This document shows positions 40,487 to 49,010 of a stretch of DNA of 64,000 nucleotides, piece by piece; the first letter of the stretch is position 1, and every line of letters starts with the position of its first letter. Origin of the DNA: an uncultured Candidatus Saccharibacteria bacterium (GTDB lineage: Bacteria; Patescibacteriota; Minisyncoccia; Phycocordibacterales; UBA9973). The notes under the pieces were generated by a model, which was not told where the DNA came from, searched no databases, and was given only the letters and a program-made list of their open reading frames with translations. The stretch spans positions 116,482 through 180,481 of the forward strand of contig CAZWAV010000001.1 in assembly GCA_964631935.1 (NCBI GenBank). The letters are read 5' to 3'. Made by a program: the position numbers and the translations under genes.

Positions 40487-41053
40487 ATGAAGATAACTTC
40501 TACAAAATTCATAAAAGGAATAGTTGGAGATGACGACATTCTTGCAAATGGTATACCTCAGATAGCTTTCATTGGTCGCTCTAATGTGGGTAAATCGAGC
40601 CTCATTAACGCTATAACAAACAGCCGAGAATCTCGTACAAGCTCTTACCCAGGAAGTACTCAGGAAATAAATATATTCCTCATAAATGATTCCTTCTACT
40701 TAGTCGATCTTCCAGGATACGGCTTTGCTCGCGCCTCAGGTGCAGGACGTGAGAAGATAGGGGAGCTTATAGACTCTTATCTATTTAATTCAATATACAC
40801 CCAGAAAAAAGTAGTGCTCATTGTCGATGCGAATGTAGGCATGACAGATAGAGACATCACTATGTTTGAAGAGTTGGAAAGATATAATAAAGATTTTATT
40901 ATTGTTCTTTCTAAAATAGATAAAATGACTCAGTCAGAATACCACAAGAAAATAGCTGAGATTAAAAAAATGACAGGGAATCATGTTGTCATTCCATTCT
41001 CTTCAAAAAAGCGAACAGGCCTTGAAGCTCTAGTAGACGAAATTTTTAGTTAA
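40487..41053 (+). CDS. engB: ribosome biogenesis GTP-binding protein YihA/YsxC
   Basis: 188 aa. G1 GRSNVGKSS and G3 DLPGYG. Confidence 0.85.
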   Translation: MKITSTKFIKGIVGDDDILANGIPQIAFIGRSNVGKSSLINAITNSRESRTSSYPGSTQEINIFLINDSFYLVDLPGYGFARASGAGREKIGELIDSYLFNSIYTQKKVVLIVDANVGMTDRDITMFEELERYNKDFIIVLSKIDKMTQSEYHKKIAEIKKMTGNHVVIPFSSKKRTGLEALVDEIFS

Positions 41054-41070
41054 TATGATAATATAAGAAT

Positions 41071-41604
41071 ATGGACGTACTTGCACACATGCTCTGGACT
41101 AACTACGGAGCTCGAGTTGGAAATAAAAAATTAGAAAAGGAAAAGAAGCCATTAATAAAGCTGGCTTGGGCAACTTTCTGGGGAGTATTCCCAGATTTAT
41201 TTGCGTTCACTATTCCATTCTGTATTGCTATTTTTAATATAATATTCAAAGGGCAATCACTGGCATCCATGAGAGATCACCACGGCCTTGCTAGCGGGTT
41301 CGATATAGCCAGCTTCTTGTATCAATTCAGTCATAGCATTGTTATATGGGCTGTAGTATTTGCTTTAGTATGGTTCCTATACAAAAGACCAAGATTAGCA
41401 CTTCTCGGTTGGGCTCTTCATATCCTTATCGATATTCCTTCTCATGCAGCGACATTTTACCCAACACCATTCTTATTTCCAATATCGGACTTTCGCTTTA
41501 CCCATGGAGTACCATGGTCAAACGTGTGGTATATGATAATAAATTACTCACTCCTCCTTTTAGCAAGTCTTTACTTCTTTTCAAGGAAAAAGAAAACTGA
41601 TTAA
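41071..41604 (+). CDS. membrane-bound metal-dependent hydrolase-like protein (DUF457/YdjM-like)
   Basis: 177 aa, multi-TM, with conserved His (LAHMLW, HILIDIPSH). Confidence 0.4.
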   Translation: MDVLAHMLWTNYGARVGNKKLEKEKKPLIKLAWATFWGVFPDLFAFTIPFCIAIFNIIFKGQSLASMRDHHGLASGFDIASFLYQFSHSIVIWAVVFALVWFLYKRPRLALLGWALHILIDIPSHAATFYPTPFLFPISDFRFTHGVPWSNVWYMIINYSLLLLASLYFFSRKKKTD

Positions 41605-41631
41605 TTTTAATTAATTTGATATAATAGATTT

Positions 41632-42261
41632 ATGAAACAACATAGATTTGAAGCACTTGCAGATAGCATCTTTGCTATTGTTATGACCATCTTAGTGTTT
41701 GAAATACGAGTGCCGATATATGACGGCATAGTGAGCGACAAAACTCTTTTTGACGCAATTATGAACATTTATCCTCTTTTCCTAAGTTACCTACTGAGTT
41801 TCTCTCTGCTTTTCACTTACTGGAGAGCTCATCATTTTATAACTTCAGTACTAGCAAAAAATATTGATCTCAAGTTGTCTAATTTAAACGCATTATTTTT
41901 CCTTTTTGTAGGACTTGTGCCATTCTCATCACATCTTCTCGGTGCATATAGCTATACTGAGACAGCAATAATAACTTTCGCTGTAAATATAATTTTAATC
42001 GGCTTAACACTCTACGCAATGCGCCAGCATATAATAAATTCACCAGAAATTAAAAATGCACCCACCACACATGTGGAGAATGCTCATGCAAACGTACGCA
42101 CACTCTTGCCTGTAGTAGTCGCTCTTATTGCTATTACTGTATCATTCTTTGATAAACCAGTAGCCTTGGCCTTCTTTACAATAGCGATACTTTTTAACCT
42201 ATCGAGCCGAAGTACTCACTACATGTTCGTAGTGGTTGATACGCTAAACCCTAATAAATAA
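41632..42261 (+). CDS. DUF1211/TMEM175-family membrane protein (putative K+ channel)
   Basis: 209 aa. FEALADSIFAIVMTILVFE, RxxxFSDGxxAIxxTLL-like signature. Confidence 0.6.
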   Translation: MKQHRFEALADSIFAIVMTILVFEIRVPIYDGIVSDKTLFDAIMNIYPLFLSYLLSFSLLFTYWRAHHFITSVLAKNIDLKLSNLNALFFLFVGLVPFSSHLLGAYSYTETAIITFAVNIILIGLTLYAMRQHIINSPEIKNAPTTHVENAHANVRTLLPVVVALIAITVSFFDKPVALAFFTIAILFNLSSRSTHYMFVVVDTLNPNK

Positions 42262-42325
42262 AAACGCTCCACTACAATAAAATTGTAGGGAGTCGTTTTT
42301 CATAAGATTGAGGTCTTTGCTATAT

Positions 42326-42604
42326 CTAAGCCATACCGATTACGAATCCTGTTGTCATTACAACAGTAAAAATAATCATCATGGGCACAATATGCCAGTT
42401 GCCTGATACAAGATCGATAGTGTCTCTAATGTCTCTATTTTTGTCTACTAAAACATATAGTAGATAGAAAGTTGAAACAATAGTAATGACATACAAGAGA
42501 AAGGATAATAGAGGAATCTCTATACTTCCTAAAAAAACTGTAAGCAAGAAACTTGCTACTAATAATCCTGTGATTGAAAGGTACGGGTGATTTTTCTTTT
42601 TCAT
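42326..42604 (-). CDS. hypothetical small membrane protein
   Basis: 92 aa with three hydrophobic helices. Confidence 0.35.
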   Translation of the reverse strand: MKKKNHPYLSITGLLVASFLLTVFLGSIEIPLLSFLLYVITIVSTFYLLYVLVDKNRDIRDTIDLVSGNWHIVPMMIIFTVVMTTGFVIGMA

Positions 42605-42727
42605 AGAAAAGGTTTTGGTTAAAAATCGAGTGACTTGCGTATATTATAACATATAATAAAGTCAATTGTCAATATGAAAAATACACTTAATTACAAAGAT
42701 TAAATCCTATAAATGGTATAATAAAGC

Positions 42728-43849
42728 ATGTCTAAAAATCGACGAAGAATCATAATATTAATATGTCTTATTATAATAATCGTATTGGTAGCGGGTGGAA
42801 TTAGAGCTTCAAATGAGAAAAAGCGTAAGTTTCAAGAATTAACTGCGCAGGTACAGGGATACTCTACGACAACATCACAGAGAGTGAATAGCGCTGTTAT
42901 TACTCTCCCTGAAGAAAATACTCTTGTTGGACTACAAGATGGTAAAGGATCTTATAAACTTAAAAACTCAAAAAATGAAGGAGTAGTCATAATGGAGAAT
43001 AATTACCTAAAGACTCAATTTGTAGAAGGTATATATAAGAAAAAAGATCCAAGGCAAGATGCTATAGCCCCTATGACAGTAAGTGGTGATTCACATAACG
43101 GATCAACATATTTAATCCTGTTTAACGACCGAGGAGATGCGGCGATTGAAAAGTCATATGCTTGGATAGGTGGAGATGATAATATAATCATAGATAGTAT
43201 TAAAACATTACCTGCTGATAAAAAAGATGAGGAGTACAAAGTTGATCTATTTTATCGAAAAGATAATAAACCAAAAGAGTTAACCATACCTGTTGTGGAT
43301 GGGCACTTTAAACCAGAGGTTGATAAATCAGAGGCACCAACCAATGGCACTGCACCTTCAACACCAAGCACTACTCCACCAAAAACAGCAACGAACAACA
43401 ATCCTCCAGTAAAACCTACAACACCATCATCGCCCGTAATGTGCACCATGGAAGCCAAAGAATGCCCAGATGGATCTTTTGTAGGGAGGTCTGGCCCTAA
43501 ATGTGAATTTGCAATATGTCCTTCACCTCAGCAATCAACAAGCGCAGTAATTAATCAGAAGATATTTAGTAATGGAATTTACATAACACCACTTGAGATA
43601 GTGGAAGACAGCAGATGTCCAGCTGGTGTGAATTGTGTCTGGGCAGGTAGACTACGAATAAAAGTAAAATTAGAGAGGGGAGGACAGACCAATGAAGTCA
43701 TGACTGACCTTGGAGTAAACTCTGTAGTATTTATGGGAAAGAAAGTCACTCTTGTAAGAGCAACTCCAACTCCTAGACCAGCAGACGCTGTGCCATCAGG
43801 AGATTATAGATTTGAGTTTTCTGTAACCGACAAAGCAAGCCAGAACTAG
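42728..43849 (+). CDS. hypothetical secreted protein with T/P-rich linker and Cys-rich C-terminal region
   Basis: 373 aa. N-terminal TM, a PSTPSTTPPKTATNNNPPVKPTTPSSP linker and 6 Cys near the C-terminus. Confidence 0.45.
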   Translation: MSKNRRRIIILICLIIIIVLVAGGIRASNEKKRKFQELTAQVQGYSTTTSQRVNSAVITLPEENTLVGLQDGKGSYKLKNSKNEGVVIMENNYLKTQFVEGIYKKKDPRQDAIAPMTVSGDSHNGSTYLILFNDRGDAAIEKSYAWIGGDDNIIIDSIKTLPADKKDEEYKVDLFYRKDNKPKELTIPVVDGHFKPEVDKSEAPTNGTAPSTPSTTPPKTATNNNPPVKPTTPSSPVMCTMEAKECPDGSFVGRSGPKCEFAICPSPQQSTSAVINQKIFSNGIYITPLEIVEDSRCPAGVNCVWAGRLRIKVKLERGGQTNEVMTDLGVNSVVFMGKKVTLVRATPTPRPADAVPSGDYRFEFSVTDKASQN

Positions 43850-44004
43850 CGTTTCTTTTCTCTCCAATCGTATTCTTCTTCCTCATCATCTTTCTTATCC
43901 ACAATAGGAGTACCACAATTAGCACACTCTGTATCATAAGAACGCAAACCACATCTTGGACAAACTGGTTCTTTCTTTTCTTCTTGTTCAATTTCTTCTT
44001 CCAT
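43846..44004 (-). CDS. unannotated small acidic zinc-ribbon protein (52 aa)
   Basis: Hand-translated: MEEEIEQEEKKEPVCPRCGLRSYDTECANCGTPIVDKKDDEEEEYDWREKKR. CPRC...CANC. It shares a palindromic CTAG stop with the convergent upstream gene. Confidence 0.3.
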   Translation of the reverse strand: MEEEIEQEEKKEPVCPRCGLRSYDTECANCGTPIVDKKDDEEEEYDWREKKR

Positions 44005-44167
44005 ATATAAAGAATATATTATAAAAGTAAAAGTTTTGCAAAATTTTTCTATCTACATGCTATAATATATTTATTATTAATAAAATAATTTTTAAATACA
44101 TATGGCAAAAGGAATGGGTGCTCGCAAAGAAAAGAAAAAACCAAAAGCTGCAAAGAAGAAATAAATA

Positions 44168-44205
44168 CAAAACACCCCTCCGATTTCTCGGAGGGGTGTT
44201 TTGAT
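44168..44205. terminator. strong bidirectional intrinsic terminator
   Basis: CACCCCTCCGA-tttc-TCGGAGGGGTG with flanking A-run and T-run, between a K-rich mini-ORF and csp. Confidence 0.6.
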
Positions 44206-44210
44206 ATCGC

Positions 44211-44408
44211 TTACGCGCGTTGTACGTTTACAGCACTAGGTCCCTTTGCAGTTTCCTCAGTGTCAAAAGTAACAGCGTCACCTTCACGTAGTTCGTCGAA
44301 CTGTACGTTTACAAGAGAGTTACTGTGAAAGAATAAATCCTTCGCAAGTCCTTCTGCTGTGATGAAACCGAAACCTTTATCAGTAAGCTTTTTTATTGAG
44401 CCAGTCAT
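44211..44408 (-). CDS. cold-shock protein (CspA family)
   Basis: 65 aa. RNP1 KGFGFI and RNP2 VFFHS-like motifs. Confidence 0.85.
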   Translation of the reverse strand: MTGSIKKLTDKGFGFITAEGLAKDLFFHSNSLVNVQFDELREGDAVTFDTEETAKGPSAVNVQRA

Positions 44409-44696
44409 GATTTTAGTTTAGATAAATGATAATTACAAATAAGATGAATGTTCGAAAGTCGACTCTTCTAAAGATACCCTTACGTGGCGCAATTATACAA
44501 TTTACAGATTTTTTTGTCAATGATTGTTTATGAGATAGGGGATAGTGCCTTTAAGTAAAGACCATAAAGCTTGACAATGTAAGCTCTAGATGCTATTCTG
44601 TAGAAGTTGAAATACTCCTTAGTGCGTGTCATAAGTGTTTCAATTTTGTCTCAACTCGAGGCAATTATTTATTTTTGAAACACGTAAAATTTAATT

Positions 44697-46079
44697 ATGG
44701 CTACATATAGCAAACAAGGCCCAAAGCGGGCTTCTTCATATTCATCTGGACCAAAGCGTGGTCCTTCAAGTCGTCCAAGTTCAGGAGGTCATTCTTCGGC
44801 TCGACCATCTAGTTATAAACCTGGAGCAAGATCAGGTGCTAGTACTTCACATAAGCCTTCATTTGGCTCAAAACCTTCATATAATAGCCACAGGCCACAC
44901 GGTGGGGCCGCACGACCATCTTTTGGTGGCAACCGAAGAAGTGGTGGTGGTAGAAAGAAAGGTAATTCATTTGAACGTATTGATGTTTCTCGATTTATAA
45001 GCAAAGCTACAATAATAGAAAAGGAGGAGATTTACATACCAACTCATACATTCTCAGATTTCGCTATTGATGAAAAACTTAAAACTGCAATCGCAAATAA
45101 ACAATACATTTACCCAAGTCCAATCCAAGACAAGGCTATTCCTCATGCCTTAGAAGGACGAGACATATTAGGTATAGCAAACACTGGTACTGGTAAGACA
45201 GCAGCATTTCTTATACCTCTTATAAATAAAGTTTTAAAGAACCCAAAAGAGACAGCTATCATAATCGCTCCAACTCGCGAGCTAGCACTTCAAATCGAAA
45301 AAGAATTTATTGAATTCACGAGAGGTATGAAGATGTGGTCTGTATCATGCGTAGGAGGCGCACCAATATTTGCCCAAATTAAAAATCTACGTCGTGGATG
45401 TAACTTTGTAATAGGTACACCAGGACGACTTCTAGACTTAGTAAAGAGAAAAGAAATAGATCTATCAGACACTCGTTCAGTTGTTCTTGATGAAGCAGAC
45501 AGAATGCTCGATATGGGATTCATTGAAGATATTAAATTCCTATTAGAAAAAACTCCAAAAGATCGTCAGAGTTTCTTTTTCTCAGCAACCCTTCCAAAGC
45601 CGATCGAAACACTTATTAATACATTTGCAAATGATCCAGTACGAGTACTAGTAAAGACTCGGGACACTTCAAAGAACGTGGAGCAAGATGTCATCCGCGT
45701 TGCTCGTGGAGCTGAAAAGATAGATGTACTATCTGAACTACTTTCTGGTCCAGAATTTAAGAAAGTTGTTATATTCTCTGAAATGAAACATGCAGTAGAG
45801 AAGCTGTCTGTAGAACTTATCAAAAGGGGATTCAAAGCAGGATCTATACACGGTGACAAGCGTCACAATGAGCGTCAGCGCACTCTAAAGCGATTTAAGG
45901 AGGATGAACTGAATATCCTTGTAGCTACCGACGTAGCGGCTCGTGGACTTGATATTCCAGATGTCACTCATGTTATAAACTACGAAATACCTCAGACTTA
46001 TGATACATATGTCCACCGCATTGGCCGAACTGGCCGTGCAAGCAAGAAAGGCGTAGCGCTTACATTTGTTGGAGCGTAA
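44697..46079 (+). CDS. DEAD-box ATP-dependent RNA helicase with N-terminal R/S/G-rich low-complexity region
   Basis: 460 aa. Q-motif, Walker A ANTGTGKT, DEAD (VLDEADRM), SAT and HRIGRTGR. Confidence 0.85.
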   Translation: MATYSKQGPKRASSYSSGPKRGPSSRPSSGGHSSARPSSYKPGARSGASTSHKPSFGSKPSYNSHRPHGGAARPSFGGNRRSGGGRKKGNSFERIDVSRFISKATIIEKEEIYIPTHTFSDFAIDEKLKTAIANKQYIYPSPIQDKAIPHALEGRDILGIANTGTGKTAAFLIPLINKVLKNPKETAIIIAPTRELALQIEKEFIEFTRGMKMWSVSCVGGAPIFAQIKNLRRGCNFVIGTPGRLLDLVKRKEIDLSDTRSVVLDEADRMLDMGFIEDIKFLLEKTPKDRQSFFFSATLPKPIETLINTFANDPVRVLVKTRDTSKNVEQDVIRVARGAEKIDVLSELLSGPEFKKVVIFSEMKHAVEKLSVELIKRGFKAGSIHGDKRHNERQRTLKRFKEDELNILVATDVAARGLDIPDVTHVINYEIPQTYDTYVHRIGRTGRASKKGVALTFVGA

Positions 46080-46153
46080 TTGATTGACATTTATAGATTA
46101 GAAATGTATATTATTTTCGATATCAGTTTTTTTAACCAATAAACCAACTTGTT

Positions 46154-46390
46154 ATGGGAAGCAATAAAAAGCCATCCAAAACGTTAAAGAAAAGATTAGC
46201 TACCACAAAATCAACCAAGGCCCGAACTCATCAAAAAAAGGCAATAGTTGAAGCCAGCAAAAAGAAGAAGCTAAAATCAGAAGGAGATGAAGTTCATTTG
46301 CAAGACAGCAAAACAGTTAATGGCAAAAGAATTCCTCGTTACATTCAAAAAGAAGAGGAGGAAAATAAACTGCTAAGGAAAACTGCTTAG
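46154..46390 (+). CDS. hypothetical K-rich basic protein
   Basis: 78-aa ORF. Confidence 0.3.
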   Translation: MGSNKKPSKTLKKRLATTKSTKARTHQKKAIVEASKKKKLKSEGDEVHLQDSKTVNGKRIPRYIQKEEEENKLLRKTA

Positions 46391-46437
46391 GTTTTGTTAA
46401 ATAAAATAACAGGTGAGGTGATGATCCATGCAAAAAG

Positions 46438-46468
46438 GCCGGGTACAGCAATGTATCTGGCTTTTTAT
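46438..46468 (+). terminator. rho-independent terminator (plus strand)
   Basis: GCCGGGTAC-agcaat-GTATCTGGC (with G.U pairs) followed by TTTTTAT. Confidence 0.4.
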
Positions 46469-46482
46469 CTATTCAAGTAAAT

Positions 46483-46517
46483 AAAAAACTGGCAGAGGAC
46501 TTTCGTCATACCAGTTT
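46483..46517 (-). terminator. sequence-conserved GNRA-capped hairpin terminator element, copy 2
   Basis: AAAAAA-CTGGCA-GAG-GAC-TTTC-GTC-A-TACCAG-TTTT. On the minus strand the stem change gives a G.U wobble. Confidence 0.45.
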
Positions 46518-46538
46518 TATCAAAAACCCCAATTTATT

Positions 46539-46991
46539 TTAACCCTTTTGAAGCATATATACCCCAAAAATAATAATTACTATACTGAATACTTTTTGCA
46601 TACTTATATGTTCTCTTAAAATTATCCAAGCGAACAATGTAGTAGCAACCGGCATCAGGCAACTTATCATAACAACGTATTTTGATATATCAAAACCTGA
46701 GTTTGATGACAGCAAAGAACTGTATGTTACCATCCCAATACCATTAAGAATTGCGGCTAAGGTTATGATCATCAATCCTTTTGGTGTAGCACCTGTTGAT
46801 ATCTGAATATCATTTTTTAAGTACATATAGGCAATAGCTGTTAGTGCTGTCACCAGGCAAATGAAAAAGGTTATTGTGGAGGGTTGTAACTTAGACATTT
46901 TGGCAAGATTAGGCCAAATTGACCAAACAATGACGCAAGTCAAGGTAAGAGTTAGTGGATTTTGCATGAGCTTATTATTTTTATGGTTCAA
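46539..46991 (-). CDS. hypothetical integral membrane protein (4 TM, possible small transporter)
   Basis: 150 aa, hydrophobic throughout. Confidence 0.4.
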   Translation of the reverse strand: MNHKNNKLMQNPLTLTLTCVIVWSIWPNLAKMSKLQPSTITFFICLVTALTAIAYMYLKNDIQISTGATPKGLMIITLAAILNGIGMVTYSSLLSSNSGFDISKYVVMISCLMPVATTLFAWIILREHISMQKVFSIVIIIFGVYMLQKG

Positions 46992-47318
46992 TTAAATTGA
47001 GTTTAGTGTACATCATTTTTCAATTTTGTCAAATATATAAAATTGCAAAAAATATCTTGAGTGTTAAAATAGCTCGCGACTAATATTTAATTAGTCACAC
47101 TCACATAGGGAAGTCGCTTTAACTTTAATTAGTGAGCGGCTTTTCTGTTTATATATACGTGTGATGCATATAAACCTTTATTTATAAAAATATAAAGAAC
47201 AAATCGTTATTATAGCTTATATGAAAAACCCAATGTAACGTCGTAAAAGATATATTGTACGACACTCATATATAAATAAAGCCTTGGCCTATAAAGGCTC
47301 AGGTACCACTTCCCTAGG

Positions 47319-48254
47319 CTAGTTTTTAGACCCAGAGGTATTAGTTGATAGACATGTATTAAATGCACGAACTCCAGTATTGTATTCCGAAATTTTTTGT
47401 TTCAAATCTAAAATCATTTGATTATATTTTAAGACAAGTGAGTTGTAATCAGTAATCTGCTCATTTGGGGTCTTCCCTGCGTATATTACCCCACTATCTA
47501 TCTTGCTACGTCTAAGGCTTAGATCAGTCTCTAGAGTCTTAAGATCTTTTTGGTTGAGTTTAATAATTCCATGCAAAGCTTCATTTATAGAAGGACAAGC
47601 ACTCCTTGGTAGGCCAAAATGCTGAACAGCGAGCCATGTATCATGACCATCGAACATTCCACGCCCCACAGCGACACCTATTTCGGTATAACTTTTATTT
47701 AAAATATTTGCGCGATGTCCCGGACTTGCCATCCATGCATCAAGAAGAGCTTTGGCGTCTTTAAAATTACCTAATGCAAGATTCTCTCCAATAACAATAT
47801 ATTCGTATGATACCCTATCACCTAAATCAGAAACTCCTATTCCATCTGGAGATATGTGCTCAAAGTATTGTTGTTTGAACATATCATTTAATTTTAACTG
47901 AGCAGAGAAATCTAATTTAGAATTTTCTTTAAGCGCTAGTAAATTACCATTGGATGCTCTGTTTGAATTTGTTAAAGCTATGACATCTTTTACTGAGAGC
48001 TTTACATTTGCTGTATCAGAAGTAAGACTATCTGTTACCTTCAAGGCTCCTGGTGTAATTACTTTCTTTAAAAGACTAGATACTTGCTCAGCTTTTATTA
48101 GTATATTGTCTTTTGTAGTACTATCTGGGTATTTATTTATCTTCCCTTCTATATAAGATACCGCACGATTATAGGCGACTTTAACATCATCTTTGACAAC
48201 AAATAGTGATAGTAAAACAAATATTATTATTATGATTTGATAAGAAATTTTCAT
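47319..48254 (-). CDS. secreted CAP/SCP/PR-1-like domain protein
   Basis: 311 aa. N-terminal signal/TM and a C-terminal CAP domain (GENLA...SPGHRANIL...YTEIGVAV). Confidence 0.6.
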   Translation of the reverse strand: MKISYQIIIIIFVLLSLFVVKDDVKVAYNRAVSYIEGKINKYPDSTTKDNILIKAEQVSSLLKKVITPGALKVTDSLTSDTANVKLSVKDVIALTNSNRASNGNLLALKENSKLDFSAQLKLNDMFKQQYFEHISPDGIGVSDLGDRVSYEYIVIGENLALGNFKDAKALLDAWMASPGHRANILNKSYTEIGVAVGRGMFDGHDTWLAVQHFGLPRSACPSINEALHGIIKLNQKDLKTLETDLSLRRSKIDSGVIYAGKTPNEQITDYNSLVLKYNQMILDLKQKISEYNTGVRAFNTCLSTNTSGSKN

Positions 48255-48257
48255 AAA

Positions 48258-48656
48258 TTATTTACATGATGTTGATGGACTGTAGCCTGATTTCTCAGCA
48301 TCCGAAGCAGTATCGAACCAGACTTTATTTTCTTCTTTTATTCTATTGGCACCTTTGCATGATGCACTATAATATAGTTTACCATTTTTTGAGGCGACAT
48401 AGTTACCCTCTTTTGAGATATTTGTACCTTGAGATTGTTTTTGTTTTACAGTAGAATAATTTCTTAAACTTTTTTCTTCATTTGCTACAACACTAGTGCT
48501 TTTTATGGAGCCAGGATAGACCTTATCTATCATAGATAGTCTCCCCAAACCAAAAGAAGAAAAACCCACTAAAATAAGGATAATAAGGTATATGGGCATA
48601 AAATTGCCATTTGCCATGCCCCTCTTGATTTTATGCAGGAAGTCATGTATACTCAT
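48258..48656 (-). CDS. hypothetical membrane-anchored protein
   Basis: 132 aa. N-terminal TM and 2 Cys in the C-terminal part. Confidence 0.4.
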   Translation of the reverse strand: MSIHDFLHKIKRGMANGNFMPIYLIILILVGFSSFGLGRLSMIDKVYPGSIKSTSVVANEEKSLRNYSTVKQKQSQGTNISKEGNYVASKNGKLYYSASCKGANRIKEENKVWFDTASDAEKSGYSPSTSCK

Positions 48657-48706
48657 ACAACATTATTATAAATAATAAAAGGGCTTAAGACTAGCTTAAA
48701 TTATAT

Positions 48707-48979
48707 ATGGCACATAGGAAGGCCGGCGGTTCCGCCAAAAACTTAACAGACTCAAATCCAAAGTACCTCGGTACTAAGCTTTACGCTGGCGAAAAGGCAA
48801 AAGCAGGATCAATAATTATCCGCCAACGTGGTACTAAAATCCTACCTGGTAAAAACGTAGCTATGGGTAAGGATCATACCCTATTTGCTCTGACTCCTGG
48901 TACAATTAAATTCGGCACAAAGAGAAAAGTAAACTTTAACCGAACCTCTTCAGTCAAAAAAATCGTTCACGTAATATAA
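48707..48979 (+). CDS. rpmA: 50S ribosomal protein L27
   Basis: 90 aa. [13 protein letters not shown]-terminus. Confidence 0.9.
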   Translation: MAHRKAGGSAKNLTDSNPKYLGTKLYAGEKAKAGSIIIRQRGTKILPGKNVAMGKDHTLFALTPGTIKFGTKRKVNFNRTSSVKKIVHVI

Positions 48980-48982
48980 ATA

Positions 48983-49010
48983 AAAACCTCAACTAAAGTT
49001 GAGGTTTTTA
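48983..49010. terminator. bidirectional intrinsic terminator
   Basis: AAAAACCTCAAC-taaa-GTTGAGGTTTTTATTT. The T-run overlaps the stop of the convergent repeat-protein gene. Confidence 0.55.

Noticed and set aside
44102-44164. 20-aa K-rich mini-ORF (MAKGMGARKEKKKPKAAKKK) preceding a strong terminator
   Set aside because: It is too short to support as a gene from sequence alone. It is mentioned only because a strong terminator follows it.
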